Shown here piece by piece: positions 54,012 to 64,000 of a DNA stretch of 64,000 bases (the stretch's first letter is position 1; every line of letters begins with the position of its first letter). The translations under genes and the position numbers were made by a program. Source of the DNA: an uncultured Actinomycetota bacterium (lineage in GTDB: Bacteria > Actinomycetota > Actinomycetes > Mycobacteriales > CADCTP01); the NCBI GenBank assembly GCA_963766325.1, contig CAVXZF010000001.1:113447-177446 (forward strand), written 5' to 3'. Under the pieces are notes generated by a model. The model was not told the origin of the DNA, ran no database searches, and saw only the letters and a list, made by a program, of their open reading frames with translations.

Positions 54012-54854
54012 CTAGCCGAGCACCTTGGCCAGCTGGGTGGCCCGGGCGACCAGCCGCCCCGTGCCGTCGCGGATCTCGCAGGTCTGGTCGACCCACTGCG
54101 CGTCGATGAGCTTTGCCTCGGTCACCAGCCGGACCGGCCCCGGGGCGGGGACCGCGCGGACGTAGACGGTGAGCTCGACCGTGGACGCCCAGGAGCCGAA
54201 GGCGGTGTCCCACGTCGCCGGTGGGAACGCGTCGGCGGCCCAGAGCAGGGCGACCGGGTCCAGGCCGGCCTCGCCAGGCAGGTCGACCCAGCCGCGCAGC
54301 TGGCCGCCCCCGCCGGGGCGGCCCTTCGTCACCTCGTACGACGCCGGCTCCAGCCGGAGGTCGACCTGCTCCAGCATGGCGACGTGCAGACCGTCGGGCG
54401 TGATCGGGTCCGCCCGCCGGCAGTCGGCGAACGGGACGGGCTCGCGCTCCGGCTGGTCGGCCTCCCAGCGCGGTGCCTCGGCCAGGGCGACGCCGCTGGT
54501 GCCGACCAGGGCCTCCAGGCAGGCCCGCCCGCCCTGGCTCATCCGGACCCGGACCTGGCTGAGCGAACGGCCGCGGCGCAGCACCTCGCCCTCGATGTCG
54601 ACCGGACCGGGATCGGGTGAACGCAGGAAGTGGGCGCTGGCCGCGACGACCGGGTGGGAGTCGGTCAGCGCCGACGCGGCCCGGCCGAGGAAGGCCACCA
54701 GGTAACCGCCGTTGGGCCGGCCGGCCAGCGTCCACTCGCCGTTCACGTCGGCGTCGAAGAGCGTCCCGGACCGGGCGCGGACGGCGGTCGCCGCCGAGAA
54801 GGTGACCGGAGCGGCCGCCACCTCACCGCCGGCTTCCGTCACGTTCGTAGACAT
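54012..54854 (-). CDS. Acyl-CoA thioesterase, double hot-dog (TesB-like / thioesterase-like superfamily)
   Basis: Internal ATG at 54854 of track ORF 54012..55247. NGGYLVAFLGRA and ...RGRSLSQVRVRMSQ blocks are typical of the PF13622-type family. Confidence 0.65.
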   Translation of the reverse strand: MSTNVTEAGGEVAAAPVTFSAATAVRARSGTLFDADVNGEWTLAGRPNGGYLVAFLGRAASALTDSHPVVAASAHFLRSPDPGPVDIEGEVLRRGRSLSQVRVRMSQGGRACLEALVGTSGVALAEAPRWEADQPEREPVPFADCRRADPITPDGLHVAMLEQVDLRLEPASYEVTKGRPGGGGQLRGWVDLPGEAGLDPVALLWAADAFPPATWDTAFGSWASTVELTVYVRAVPAPGPVRLVTEAKLIDAQWVDQTCEIRDGTGRLVARATQLAKVLG

Positions 54855-55230
54855 TTGACGGACGGTAGTAGCCGGACACTGATCGTCGCAAGCTGGTACG
54901 TACGGATTGGACCTACTGTCCGGTACCTGATAGTAAGCGCGGCAAGGCGAGGGTGCGCAGAGTTGGGCATGCTTCGAGACTTCAAAAGAAGAATGATTGG
55001 TCTTTCCCTGACTCTGACCAGAGGAGCACTCGTGCCGCATGACCTGGGCAGGAACGGCTGGATCGGGGAAAGCCGGGGGCATGTCGCAGGGGTCCGACAC
55101 GTGAATTGCGGCAGCAAAGCAAAAACAGGATCGGCAACGCCGTCCGCAGGGCGAAACGGACATCAAAGCTTTGTGGCCCCGGGCCAGGTGAGCCGGTGAG
55201 TCATCATTACGACGGAGAGCTGGCATTCGC

Positions 55231-58200
55231 ATGACCGACGCCCCCAATCAGGCTAATGCCGGCTCCGACGAACAGAAGCTGCGCACTTACCTCCGGAAGG
55301 TGACCGCGGATCTCGTCGGCGCCAACCGCCGGCTGCGCGAGCTGGGGGAGCGCGACCTCGAGCCGGTCGCGATCGTCGGCATGAGTTGCCGGTACCCGGG
55401 CGGCGTGAGCTCCCCGGACGAGTTCTGGGAGCTGGTCGCGGCCGGCCACGACGCGGTGAGCGGACTGCCGACCGACCGCGGCTGGAACCTCGAGCGCCTG
55501 CTGGACCCGGAGGCCGAGCCCGACCGGCCCGGGACGGTCACCACCCGCGGCGGCGGGTTCCTGGCCGCGCCGGGCGACTTCGACGCGGGCTTCTTCGGGT
55601 TCAGCCCCCGGGAGGCGCTGGCGACCGACCCGCAGCAGCGGCTGATGCTGGAGGCCGCCTGGGAGGCGCTGGAGGACGCGCGGATCGACCCGACGTCGCT
55701 GCGCGGCACCGACGCCGGCGTCTTCTGCGGCGTGATGTCCTCCGACGAGTACGCCTCCCAGAGGCTGCCGGAGCTGGAGGGCTTCCGGCTCACCGGCACC
55801 GGCATCAGCGTGGTCTCCGGCCGGCTGGCGTACGCGCTGGGGCTGGAAGGCCCCACCATGACGATCGACACCGCCTGCTCGTCATCGCTGGTCGCGCTGC
55901 ACCTGGCCATCCGGTCCCTGCGCGCCCAGGAGTGCCCGCTTGCCCTGGTGGGCGGGGTCACGGTGATGTCCGGCCCGTTCGCGCTGCTGGAGTTCAGCCG
56001 CAAGGGCGGGCTCTCGCCGGACGGCCGCTGCCGGTCGTACGCAGCCGACGCGGACGGGACCGGGTTCTCCGACGGGCTCGGGCTGCTGGTGGTGGAGCGG
56101 CTGTCGGACGCCCGCCGCAACGGACGCCGCATCCTCGGCCTGGTCCGCGGCAGCGCGGTGAACTCCGACGGGGCCAGCAACGGCCTCACCGCGCCCAACG
56201 GGCGCGCCCAGGAGCAGGTCATCCGGCGGGCGCTGGCCAGCGCCGGGCTCGGCCCGGGCGACGTCGACGCCGTCGAGGGGCACGGCACCGGGACCAGGCT
56301 GGGCGACCTGGTCGAGGCCCAGGCGCTGCTGGCGACGTACGGCCGGGAGCGCCCGGCCGGCCCGCTTCGGCTGGGCTCGGTCAAGTCGAACATCGGCCAC
56401 CCCTCGGCCGCTGCCGGCGTCGCCGGGATCATCAAGATGGTCCAGGCGATGCGGCACGGCACGCTGCCGCCGACGCTGCACGGCGACCCGCCGTCGCCGC
56501 TCGTCGACTGGGACCCCGACCGGATCCGGCTGCTCACCGCGGCCGAGGACTGGCCGGCGGCCGAGCAGCGGCCACGCCGGGCCGGCATCTCGGCCTTCGG
56601 CATGAGCGGGACCAACGCGCACGTGATCGTGGAGGAGGCCCCGCCGCCGGCGGAGGAGCCGGCCGGGCGGTCGGGCGGCGCGCCCGGGGTGCTGCCGGTC
56701 CTGGTCTCGGCCCGGACCGAGCCGGCGCTGCGGGCGCAGGCGGGGCGGCTGCGGGACCACCTGCGGGACCGGCCCGAGCTGGACCTGCTCGACGTCGCGT
56801 ACTCGGCCGTGACCACCCGGGCCCAGCTGGAGCAGCGCGCGGCGGTGCTCGCCGCCGACCGGTCCGAGCTGCTCGCCGGCCTCGACGCGCTCACCGCGGG
56901 CGGGCCGGCAGCCGGGGTGGTGCGCGGCCGCACGGTCGGTGGCAAGACGGCCTTCGTGCTGCCCGGCCAGGGAGTCGGGGCGGGGGGGACGGCGGCGGAG
57001 CTGGCGGCCGCGTACCCGGTCTTCGCCGCGGCGCTCGACGAGGTGGCCGCGGAGCTGGACCCGCGGCTCGGCCGGTCCACCCGCGAGCTGCTGACCGCTG
57101 AGGCGGACGGGCCGGCGGCGTCCTTCGCGCTCGGGGTGGCGCTCTTCCGCCTGGTCGAGTCGTACGGGATGCGCCCGGACCACCTGGTCGGGTCGTCGGT
57201 CGGCGAGGTCGCCGCGGCGCACCTGGCCGGGGTGCTGTCGCTCGCGGACGCCTGCGCGCTGGTGGCCGCGCTGGTCCGGGCCGAGTCGGTGCCGGCCGAC
57301 CTGCGGCGGGTCGCGGCCGGGCTGCGCTACGACCGGCCGCGGGTTCCGGTGGTCTCCACGCTGACCGGCAAGCCGGCCTCGGCCGAGCTGGCCGATCCCG
57401 AGCACTGGGTCGAGCACGGCCAGCAGCCGGCGGCCCGGTTCGCCGACGCCCTGCGCACCCTGCACGGCGAGGGGGTGACCCGCTTCGTCGAGCTCGGACC
57501 CGACGGGTCGCTGGCCGGGTTGGTGACCGGGGCGCTGGACGAGGGCGCCGCCGCGGTCGTGGTGCCGGTCGTGCCGCCGCGGGGCGGCACCGGAGGGTTC
57601 GCCGGGTTCCTCGGCCGGGCGCACGCCGTCGGGGTGGCGCTCGACTGGCGGGCCTTCTACGCCGGCCGGGGGGCGCGGTCGGTGTCGCTGCCGACCTACG
57701 CGTTCCAGCGCGAGCGCTACTTCGTGCCGCCGGGCACCGGCCCCGACGAGCCGGCCCGGGACCGGCCGGCCAGTGGCTCGCTCTTCGCCGTCGACTGGGT
57801 CCCGGTCGAGCTCCCCGACGACGCCGCCCCGCTTCCGGTGGCGAGCCTCGGCGGCGCCGGCGGGCCGGAGTGCTTCGCCGACCTGGACGCGCTGGAGCGG
57901 GCCGTCGCCGCCGGCGCCCCGCGGCCCGACGTCGTCGTCACCACGGTGGAACACCCCGGCGGCGAGCCGGCCGCCGCGGCGCTCACGGTGGCGGAGCGCG
58001 CGCTGGCGCTGGTGCAGGCCTGGCTGGCCCAGGAGTGGTTGGGCGACGCCCGGCTGGTGCTGGTCACCCGGGGTGCGGTCGCGGTCGGCGACGCGCCGAT
58101 CGGGGACGCCGCGCCGGCGCTGGCCGCGGTCTGGGGCCTGGTGAGCGCCGCGCAGTCCGAGCACCCGGACCGGTTCGTGCTGGTGGACGTGGCCGGCGGC

Positions 58201-59673
58201 GCGCCGGACCGGGCCGCGCCGGACTGGGCCGCGCTGGACTGGGCCGCGCTGGACTGGGCCGCGCTGGACTGGGCCGCGCTGGTCGCGGTGGACGAGCCGC
58301 GGCTGGCTCTGCGGGACGGGCGGGCGCTGGCGCCGCGGCTGGTTCCGGCCCCGCCCGCGCCGGCCGGCCGGCGGGTGCTCGACCCGGACGGGACGGTCCT
58401 GGTCACCGGCGGCACGGGCGGTCTGGGCGCGGTCCTGGCCCGGCACCTGGTGTCGGCGTACGGGACCCGCCGGCTGGTGCTGGCCAGCCGGCGCGGTCCG
58501 GGCGCGCCCGGCGCGGCCGAGCTGGTGGCCGAGCTGGCCGGAGCGGGCGCCGAGGTCTCGGCGGTCGCCTGCGACGTCGCCGACCGCGACCAGCTCGCCG
58601 CGCTGATCGGATCCCTGGACCACCCGCTGACCGCGGTGGTGCACGCCGCCGGGGTGCTCGACGACGGCCTGGTCGAGTCGCTGACCGCGGACCGCCTGGC
58701 CGCGGTGCTGCGCCCCAAGCTGGACGCGGCGCTGCACCTGGACGAGCTGACCGCGGGCGCGGACCTGGCCGCGTTCGTGCTGTTCTCCTCGGTCGCCGCG
58801 CTGATCGGCAGCCCCGGCCAGGGCAACTACGCCGCCGCCAACGCCGCCCTGGACGCGCTCGCGCACCGGCGCCGGGCTGCCGGGCGCCCGGCCACCGCGC
58901 TGGCCTGGGGGCTGTGGGCGGACGCGGGCGGCATGGCCCGGGAGCTGGACGGGCTCGACCGGGCCCGGCTGGAGCGCCGGGGCGTCGGCGCGCTGCCGAC
59001 GGAGCAGGGGCTGGCCCTGTTCGACGCGGCCCTGCGCCTCGACGCGGCGCTGCTGGCGCCGGTGCGGCTCGACCCGGCCGCGCTGCGCGAGCAGGCCCGG
59101 TCCGGCCTGCTGCCGGCGCTGCTGCGCGGGCTCGTCCCGACGCCGCCGCGGACGGGCGGGACCGGGGTCGAGTCGCTGGCCCGGCGGTTGGCCGGGGTCG
59201 CCGAGGCAGACCGCGAGCGGCTCGTGCTCGACCTGGTCCGGACCGAGGTCGCGGCCGTCCTCGCGCACACCGGCCCGGGCGAGGTCGACCCGCGGCGCGC
59301 CTTCACCGACCTGGGCCTCGGCTCGCTCGGGGCGATCGAGCTGCGCAGCCGGCTCACCCGGGCCACCGGCGTCCGGCTGCCGGCGACGCTCATCTTCGAC
59401 CACCCGACGCCGGCCGAGGTGACCCGGCTGCTGCTGGCCGAGGCCGGCGGCGGCGCCCCGGCCGAGCTGCCGCTGGATCAGCAGCTGGCCCGGCTCGAGG
59501 CCACGGTGGCCACGGTCCCGGCCGGCGACCGGCCCTGGGTGGCCGGCCGGCTGCGGGACCTGCTCGACACGGTCGCCGCCGACGGCGAGCAGCGCACGAG
59601 CGAGCTGATCGAGGCGGCGACCACCGCGGACGAGGTGCTCCGCCTGATCGAGGTCGACCTCGGCGACCGCTGA
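55231..59673 (+). CDS. Type I modular PKS, one module: N-docking-KS-AT(decayed)-KR(B-type LDD)-ACP-C-docking
   Basis: KS: [33 protein letters not shown] region: only about 190 aa, with GSSVGE instead of GHSxGE and no YASH/HAFH segment. KR: [10 protein letters not shown]..., [31 protein letters not shown]: [11 protein letters not shown]. Confidence 0.9.
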   Translation: MTDAPNQANAGSDEQKLRTYLRKVTADLVGANRRLRELGERDLEPVAIVGMSCRYPGGVSSPDEFWELVAAGHDAVSGLPTDRGWNLERLLDPEAEPDRPGTVTTRGGGFLAAPGDFDAGFFGFSPREALATDPQQRLMLEAAWEALEDARIDPTSLRGTDAGVFCGVMSSDEYASQRLPELEGFRLTGTGISVVSGRLAYALGLEGPTMTIDTACSSSLVALHLAIRSLRAQECPLALVGGVTVMSGPFALLEFSRKGGLSPDGRCRSYAADADGTGFSDGLGLLVVERLSDARRNGRRILGLVRGSAVNSDGASNGLTAPNGRAQEQVIRRALASAGLGPGDVDAVEGHGTGTRLGDLVEAQALLATYGRERPAGPLRLGSVKSNIGHPSAAAGVAGIIKMVQAMRHGTLPPTLHGDPPSPLVDWDPDRIRLLTAAEDWPAAEQRPRRAGISAFGMSGTNAHVIVEEAPPPAEEPAGRSGGAPGVLPVLVSARTEPALRAQAGRLRDHLRDRPELDLLDVAYSAVTTRAQLEQRAAVLAADRSELLAGLDALTAGGPAAGVVRGRTVGGKTAFVLPGQGVGAGGTAAELAAAYPVFAAALDEVAAELDPRLGRSTRELLTAEADGPAASFALGVALFRLVESYGMRPDHLVGSSVGEVAAAHLAGVLSLADACALVAALVRAESVPADLRRVAAGLRYDRPRVPVVSTLTGKPASAELADPEHWVEHGQQPAARFADALRTLHGEGVTRFVELGPDGSLAGLVTGALDEGAAAVVVPVVPPRGGTGGFAGFLGRAHAVGVALDWRAFYAGRGARSVSLPTYAFQRERYFVPPGTGPDEPARDRPASGSLFAVDWVPVELPDDAAPLPVASLGGAGGPECFADLDALERAVAAGAPRPDVVVTTVEHPGGEPAAAALTVAERALALVQAWLAQEWLGDARLVLVTRGAVAVGDAPIGDAAPALAAVWGLVSAAQSEHPDRFVLVDVAGGAPDRAAPDWAALDWAALDWAALDWAALVAVDEPRLALRDGRALAPRLVPAPPAPAGRRVLDPDGTVLVTGGTGGLGAVLARHLVSAYGTRRLVLASRRGPGAPGAAELVAELAGAGAEVSAVACDVADRDQLAALIGSLDHPLTAVVHAAGVLDDGLVESLTADRLAAVLRPKLDAALHLDELTAGADLAAFVLFSSVAALIGSPGQGNYAAANAALDALAHRRRAAGRPATALAWGLWADAGGMARELDGLDRARLERRGVGALPTEQGLALFDAALRLDAALLAPVRLDPAALREQARSGLLPALLRGLVPTPPRTGGTGVESLARRLAGVAEADRERLVLDLVRTEVAAVLAHTGPGEVDPRRAFTDLGLGSLGAIELRSRLTRATGVRLPATLIFDHPTPAEVTRLLLAEAGGGAPAELPLDQQLARLEATVATVPAGDRPWVAGRLRDLLDTVAADGEQRTSELIEAATTADEVLRLIEVDLGDR
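58206..58280. repeat. 15-bp in-frame tandem repeat GGACTGGGCCGCGCT: 4 perfect copies (58221-58280) plus 1 diverged copy, encoding (DWAAL)4
   Basis: Read directly. The protein reads [30 protein letters not shown], in the inter-domain region before the KR. The paralogous position in the next module has a single PDWAAL. Confidence 0.9.
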
Positions 59674-59721
59674 CACCCCACTGACGACCACCACCCGAGA
59701 CCGATCCGCAGGAGACACGTC

Positions 59722-62700
59722 ATGAGCGGCGCGGGCACCGACCAGGACAAGCTCGTCCAGTACCTGAAGAAGATGGCGGTCGATCTCAACGAGACCCGGG
59801 TCCGGCTGCGGGAGCTGCAGTACCGCGGCCGCGAGCCGCTGGCCATCGTGGGGATGAGCTGCCGCTACCCGGGCGGCGTGACCTCCCCGGCCGAGCTGTG
59901 GCAGCTGGTCGCCGACGGCCGCATCGGGACCTCGGAGTTCCCCCGCGACCGCGGCTGGGACGTGGACAACCTCTACGACCCGGACCCCGACCACCCCGGC
60001 ACCGCCTACACCCGCGGCGGTGGCTTCCTGCAGGGCGCCGGCGACTTCGACGCCGAGTTCTTCGGGATCAGCCCGCGCGAGGCGATGGCGATGGATCCGC
60101 AGCAGCGGATCCTGCTGGAGGCGGCCTGGGAGGCGTTCGAGGACGCCGGCATCGACCCGACCGCGCTGCGCGGCAGCGACACCGGGGTCTTCTGCGGGGT
60201 GATGTACTCCGACTACGGCTTCGTCGCCGCGACCAGCGACCGGCGCCCGGAGATCGAGGGCTATCTGACCATCGCCTCGGCCGGCAGCGTCGCCTCCGGC
60301 CGGATCAGCTACAGCTTCGGCTTCGTCGGCCCGGCGGTGTCGGTGGACACGGCCTGCTCGTCCTCGCTCGTCGCGGTCGACCTGGCCTGCTCCGCGCTGC
60401 GCGCGCGGGACTGCTCGCTGGCGCTGGTCGGCGGGGTGACCGTGCTGGCCCGGCCGAGCATCTTCGTCGAGTTCAGCCGGCAGCGGGCGCTCTCGCCGGA
60501 TGGCCGGTGCAAGGCGTACGCGGCCGCCGCCGACGGGGTGGCCTGGGCCGAGGGAGTCGGCCTGCTGGTGCTGGAGCGGCTGTCGGACGCGCAGCGCAAC
60601 GGGCACCGGGTGCTCGGCCTGGTCCGCGGCAGCGCGGTCAACCAGGACGGGGCCAGCAACGGGCTGACCGCGCCGAACGGCCCGTCCCAGGAGCGGGTGA
60701 TCCGGCAGGCGCTGGCCGACGCCGGCCTGACCGCGGCCGACGTGGACGCCGTCGAGGGGCACGGCACCGGCACCCCGCTGGGCGACCCGATCGAGGCCCA
60801 GGCCCTGCTCGCCACGTACGGGCAGGGCCGGGCGCACGGCCCGTTCCGGCTCGGCTCGATCAAGTCCAACATCGGTCACACCCAGGCCGCGGCCGGCGTC
60901 GCCGGGATGATCAAGATGGTCCAGGCGATGCGGCACGGCGTGCTGCCCCGCACCCTGCACGTCGACCGCCCCTCACCGCACATCGACTGGAGCGCCGGCG
61001 CGGCGGCGTTGCTGACCGAGGCCGAGCCCTGGCCGGAGACCGGGCGGCCGCGGCGGGCGGCGGTCTCCTCCTTCGGCGTCAGCGGGACCAACGCGCACGT
61101 CGTCCTGGAGGAGCCGCCGGCGGCCCCGGTCGAGCCCGAGCCGGCGCCGGCCGCACCGCCGCCGGTCGTCCCGGTGCTGCTGTCGGCCCGCAGCGACGCG
61201 GCCCTGCGGGTGCAGGCCGACCGGCTGCGTGCCCACCTCATCGCCCGGCCCGACCTCACCCTGCTCGACACCGGCTTCTCGCAGGCGACCACGCGGGCCC
61301 ACCTCGAGCGCCGCGCCGCGGTGGTCGCCGCCGACCGCGGCGCGCTGCTGGCCGGGCTCGGCGCACTGGCCACGGGCGAGTCGGCACCAGACGTGCTGGA
61401 CGGCGTCGAGACCGGCGACCAGGCGGTCTTCGTCTTCCCCGGCCAGGGCGCGCAGTGGCCGGAGATGGCCCGGGCCCTGCTCGACACCGCGCCGGTCTTC
61501 GCGGCCGAGATCGCCGCCTGCGACGAGGCCCTGGCCGAGCACGTGGACTGGCGGCTGATCGACGTGCTCCGCGGAGCGCCGGGCGCGCCGCCGCTGGAGC
61601 GCGTCGACGTCGTGCAGCCCGCGCTCTTCGCGATGATGGTCGCGCTGGCCGCGCTGTGGCGCGCGTACGGCGTCGAGCCGGCCGCCGTCGTCGGCCACTC
61701 GCAGGGCGAGATCGCGGCCGCGTACGTGGCTGGCGGGTTGTCGCTGCCCGACGCCGCCCGGGTGGTGGCGCTGCGCAGCCGCGCGGTGGCCGAGCGGCTG
61801 GCCGGGCTCGGCGGGATGGTGTCGATCACGCAACCCCTCGACCGCGTCGAGGAGCGCATCGCCGCGTACGGCGGGCGGGTGTCGGTCGCGGCCGTGAACG
61901 GCCCGTCCGCGGTGGTCGTCGCCGGTGAGCCCGCGGCGCTGGACGACCTGCTGGCCGGCTGCGAGCGGGACGAAGTGCGGGCCCGGCGGGTGCCGGTGGA
62001 CTACGCCTCGCACTCGGCCGCCGTCGAGACGATCGAGGCCGAGCTGCTGGACACACTCGCGCCGATCAGGCCCCGGTCCGGACCGGTCCCGTTCTACTCG
62101 ACCGCGGCCGGCCGCTTCCTCGACATGGCCGAGCTGGACGCCGAGTACTGGTACCGCAACCTGCGCGGGCGGGTCGGGTTCGAGCCGGCGGTTCGCGCCC
62201 TGGTCGACACCGGGACCAGCTGCTTCGTCGAGGTCTCGGCCCACCCGGTGCTGACCATGGCGGTGGAGCAGACGATCGAGGCGCTCGACGCCGCGGACCG
62301 GGTCCGGGTGGTCGGTTCGCTGCGCCGCGACGAGGGCGGCCCAGACCGGTTCGCGTCGTCGCTGGCCGAGGCCCACGTCGCGGGCGTCCGTGTGGACTGG
62401 GCTGCCTTCTACGCCGGCACCGGCGCCCGGCGGGTCGAGCTGCCGACGTACGCGTTCCAGCGCGAGCGCTACTGGCTGATGCCCGGCGCCGGGGTCGGCA
62501 ACCTGGCGGCGGCCGGGGTCGGCCGGCTCGATCACCCGGTGCTGGCGTTCTCGGTGGCCGTCGGGGACCGCGACGAGTGGGTCTTCACCGGGCGCCTCGC
62601 CCAGGAGGCGCAGCCGTGGACGCAGGACCACGCGGTCCTGGGCACGGTGCTGGTACCGGGCGCGGCCCTGGTCGAGCTGGCGCTGGCCGCCGGCGGCCGG

Positions 62701-64000
62701 CTGGGCTGTCCGGTGGTGGAGGAGCTGGTGCTCTCGGCGCCGCTGGTGCTGCCGGCCGACGCCGGGGTGCAGGTGCAGGTCACGGTGGCGCCGGCCGGGG
62801 CCGACGGGCGCCGTGAGGTGGCCGTCTACTCGCGACCGGAGGCCGCGGGCGAGGACGTCGGGTCGGAGGCGACCTGCCACGCGCGGGGGACCCTGGCCCC
62901 GGACGCGGGGGCGACGGTTGCGGCGGCGCCGTTCCCGGCGGTGTGGCCGCCGGCCGGGGCCGAGCCGGTCCGGGTCGACGGGCTCTACCCGCGCCTGGCC
63001 GAGGCTGGGTACGACTACGGGCCGCTCTTCCAGGGCCTGCGGGCGGCCTGGCGGTCCGGCGACGAGGTCTTCGCCGAGGTGGCCCTGCCCGCCGGTGCGG
63101 CCACGGCCGGCTTCGGCCTGCACCCGGCGCTGCTGGACGCGGCCCTGCACGGCATCCTGCTCGGCAAGGACGGCGAGTCCGCGATCGAGCTTCCCTTCTC
63201 GTGGTCGGGGGTGCGGCTCGGCTCGGCGGCCGGCGGCCCGGTGCGGGTGCGGATCGCGCCGGCCGGCGAGTCGGCGCTGCGGGTCGAGCTGGTCGGCGCG
63301 GACGGGGCGCCGGTCGCGACCGTGGACCGGCTCGCCCTGCGCCCGCTGGATCGGGCCGGGCTGGACCGCGGCCAGCGGTCGGCCGGCAGCGCGCTGTACG
63401 TCCTGGACTGGACGCCGGTCAGCCCGGCTCCCGGAGCGCCGGCGCGGGTGGCGCACCTCGGCACCGGCGGCGGAACGGGGGGCGGGGACCGGTTCGCCGA
63501 CCTGGCCGCGCTGGAGGCGGTGCTCGCGGCCGGCGCGCCGGCGCCCGAGCTGGTCGTCGCCGCCGTGCCCGGCCCGGTCGGGGCACCGGCGGCGGCGGCC
63601 CGGGCGACGGCCGAGCGGGCGCTGGCGCTGGTGCAGGGCTGGGTGGCCAGCGAGCGGCTGGCCGACGCGCGGCTGGTGGTGGTGACCAGCGGCGGGGTCG
63701 CGGTGGGCGACGAGGCGGCCGAGCCGGGCCTGGCGCCGGTCTGGGGCTTGGTGCGGTCGGCGCAGTCCGAGCACCCGGGCCGCTTCCTGCTCGTCGACCT
63801 CGACCCGGCCGATCCCGACCCGGCCGGCCTCGACGAGGACGCCGAGCCGGACTGGGCCGCGCTGGCCGGGCTGGACGAGCCGCAGCTGGCGGTCCGGGCC
63901 GGCCGGCTGCTCGCCCCCCGGCTGGGCCGGGCCCCGGCCGGGCCGGCCGGCCCGGCCTGGCGGCTGTCGATCGAGCGCAAGGGGTCGCTGGACGACCTGG
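59722..64000 (+). CDS. Type I modular PKS (partial; continues past the window): N-docking-KS-AT(methylmalonyl-type)-DH-(ER start...)
   Basis: My own translation; this frame is not in the track because it has no stop in the window. ATG at 59722 follows AGGAGA. KS: [36 protein letters not shown]: [23 protein letters not shown]: [11 protein letters not shown], ...YGPLFQG. It ends with [14 protein letters not shown]. Confidence 0.9.
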   Translation, partial: MSGAGTDQDKLVQYLKKMAVDLNETRVRLRELQYRGREPLAIVGMSCRYPGGVTSPAELWQLVADGRIGTSEFPRDRGWDVDNLYDPDPDHPGTAYTRGGGFLQGAGDFDAEFFGISPREAMAMDPQQRILLEAAWEAFEDAGIDPTALRGSDTGVFCGVMYSDYGFVAATSDRRPEIEGYLTIASAGSVASGRISYSFGFVGPAVSVDTACSSSLVAVDLACSALRARDCSLALVGGVTVLARPSIFVEFSRQRALSPDGRCKAYAAAADGVAWAEGVGLLVLERLSDAQRNGHRVLGLVRGSAVNQDGASNGLTAPNGPSQERVIRQALADAGLTAADVDAVEGHGTGTPLGDPIEAQALLATYGQGRAHGPFRLGSIKSNIGHTQAAAGVAGMIKMVQAMRHGVLPRTLHVDRPSPHIDWSAGAAALLTEAEPWPETGRPRRAAVSSFGVSGTNAHVVLEEPPAAPVEPEPAPAAPPPVVPVLLSARSDAALRVQADRLRAHLIARPDLTLLDTGFSQATTRAHLERRAAVVAADRGALLAGLGALATGESAPDVLDGVETGDQAVFVFPGQGAQWPEMARALLDTAPVFAAEIAACDEALAEHVDWRLIDVLRGAPGAPPLERVDVVQPALFAMMVALAALWRAYGVEPAAVVGHSQGEIAAAYVAGGLSLPDAARVVALRSRAVAERLAGLGGMVSITQPLDRVEERIAAYGGRVSVAAVNGPSAVVVAGEPAALDDLLAGCERDEVRARRVPVDYASHSAAVETIEAELLDTLAPIRPRSGPVPFYSTAAGRFLDMAELDAEYWYRNLRGRVGFEPAVRALVDTGTSCFVEVSAHPVLTMAVEQTIEALDAADRVRVVGSLRRDEGGPDRFASSLAEAHVAGVRVDWAAFYAGTGARRVELPTYAFQRERYWLMPGAGVGNLAAAGVGRLDHPVLAFSVAVGDRDEWVFTGRLAQEAQPWTQDHAVLGTVLVPGAALVELALAAGGRLGCPVVEELVLSAPLVLPADAGVQVQVTVAPAGADGRREVAVYSRPEAAGEDVGSEATCHARGTLAPDAGATVAAAPFPAVWPPAGAEPVRVDGLYPRLAEAGYDYGPLFQGLRAAWRSGDEVFAEVALPAGAATAGFGLHPALLDAALHGILLGKDGESAIELPFSWSGVRLGSAAGGPVRVRIAPAGESALRVELVGADGAPVATVDRLALRPLDRAGLDRGQRSAGSALYVLDWTPVSPAPGAPARVAHLGTGGGTGGGDRFADLAALEAVLAAGAPAPELVVAAVPGPVGAPAAAARATAERALALVQGWVASERLADARLVVVTSGGVAVGDEAAEPGLAPVWGLVRSAQSEHPGRFLLVDLDPADPDPAGLDEDAEPDWAALAGLDEPQLAVRAGRLLAPRLGRAPAGPAGPAWRLSIERKGSLDDL

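Noticed and set aside
51662-54854. Treating the 772-aa protein and the thioesterase as dedicated parts of the phosphonate/NRPS or PKS clusters.
   Set aside because: Both look like conserved housekeeping-type actinobacterial genes and have their own intergenic regions. The thioesterase could still serve the adjacent PKS, but nothing in the sequence ties it to it. I left them as spacer genes between two biosynthetic regions.
54855-55230. A small RNA or small ORF in the 376-bp low-GC region upstream of the PKS.
   Set aside because: The ORFs there (54630..55199 plus strand, 54839..55117 minus strand) lack codon bias. I could not identify a convincing promoter and terminator pair or a known RNA motif by eye. 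It is most simply the PKS promoter or leader region.
58206-58280. The tandem 15-bp repeats as a possible CRISPR array or minisatellite outside genes.
   Set aside because: There are no spacers, the unit is only 15 bp, and the repeat is in frame inside a PKS gene. It is a coding microsatellite.

Overview
High-GC (about 72-74%) actinomycete chromosome, Micromonosporaceae-like. No rRNA, tRNA or CRISPR was recognised. There are three parts.

(1) About 1-13.9 kb is ordinary core or accessory genes: penicillin-acylase family protein, cell-wall amidase, XRE/ImmA-like pair, CPBP protease, LysR with a long disordered tail, FadD-type acyl-CoA ligase, PptH-like/PptT pair and citrate synthase.

(2) About 14.5-51.5 kb is a dense composite biosynthetic island.
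- Its core is a near-complete FR-900098/fosmidomycin-type phosphonate set: PEP mutase with the EDKxxxxxNS motif, homocitrate-synthase-like, aconitase and isocitrate-DH-like enzymes, an NTase-PLP decarboxylase fusion (FrbH-like), an N-hydroxylase, an AAC(3)-like N-acetyltransferase, a TauD-like dioxygenase and an extra Dxr copy as probable self-resistance.
- Attached parts I do not know from that pathway are listed here. A 22-25 aa leader-like peptide ending in AAAA lies just upstream of a glutamine-dependent asparagine-synthetase homologue carrying a C-terminal PqqD-like RiPP recognition element, followed by a Pol-beta-type nucleotidyltransferase. Two paralogous NDK-fold proteins are present. 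An E. coli-type ACC triad is translationally coupled, through a catalytic-domain-less serine-recombinase remnant, to a KS/CLF pair with no ACP in the window. Also present are an AurF-like di-iron oxygenase, an A-T-Cy-A-T-TE NRPS, a LuxE/LuxC- or EhpF/EhpG-like ligase plus ALDH pair, and a BenE transporter.

(3) From 55.2 kb to the window end there is modular type I PKS: one complete module with a decayed AT, and one partial KS-AT-DH-(ER...) module.

The candidate novel system is the peptide / AsnB-RRE / NTase / NDK-fold module embedded in the phosphonate cluster. It may be a ribosomal scaffold-peptide-phosphonate hybrid. All functional calls come from reading motifs in the translations. No database search was run.
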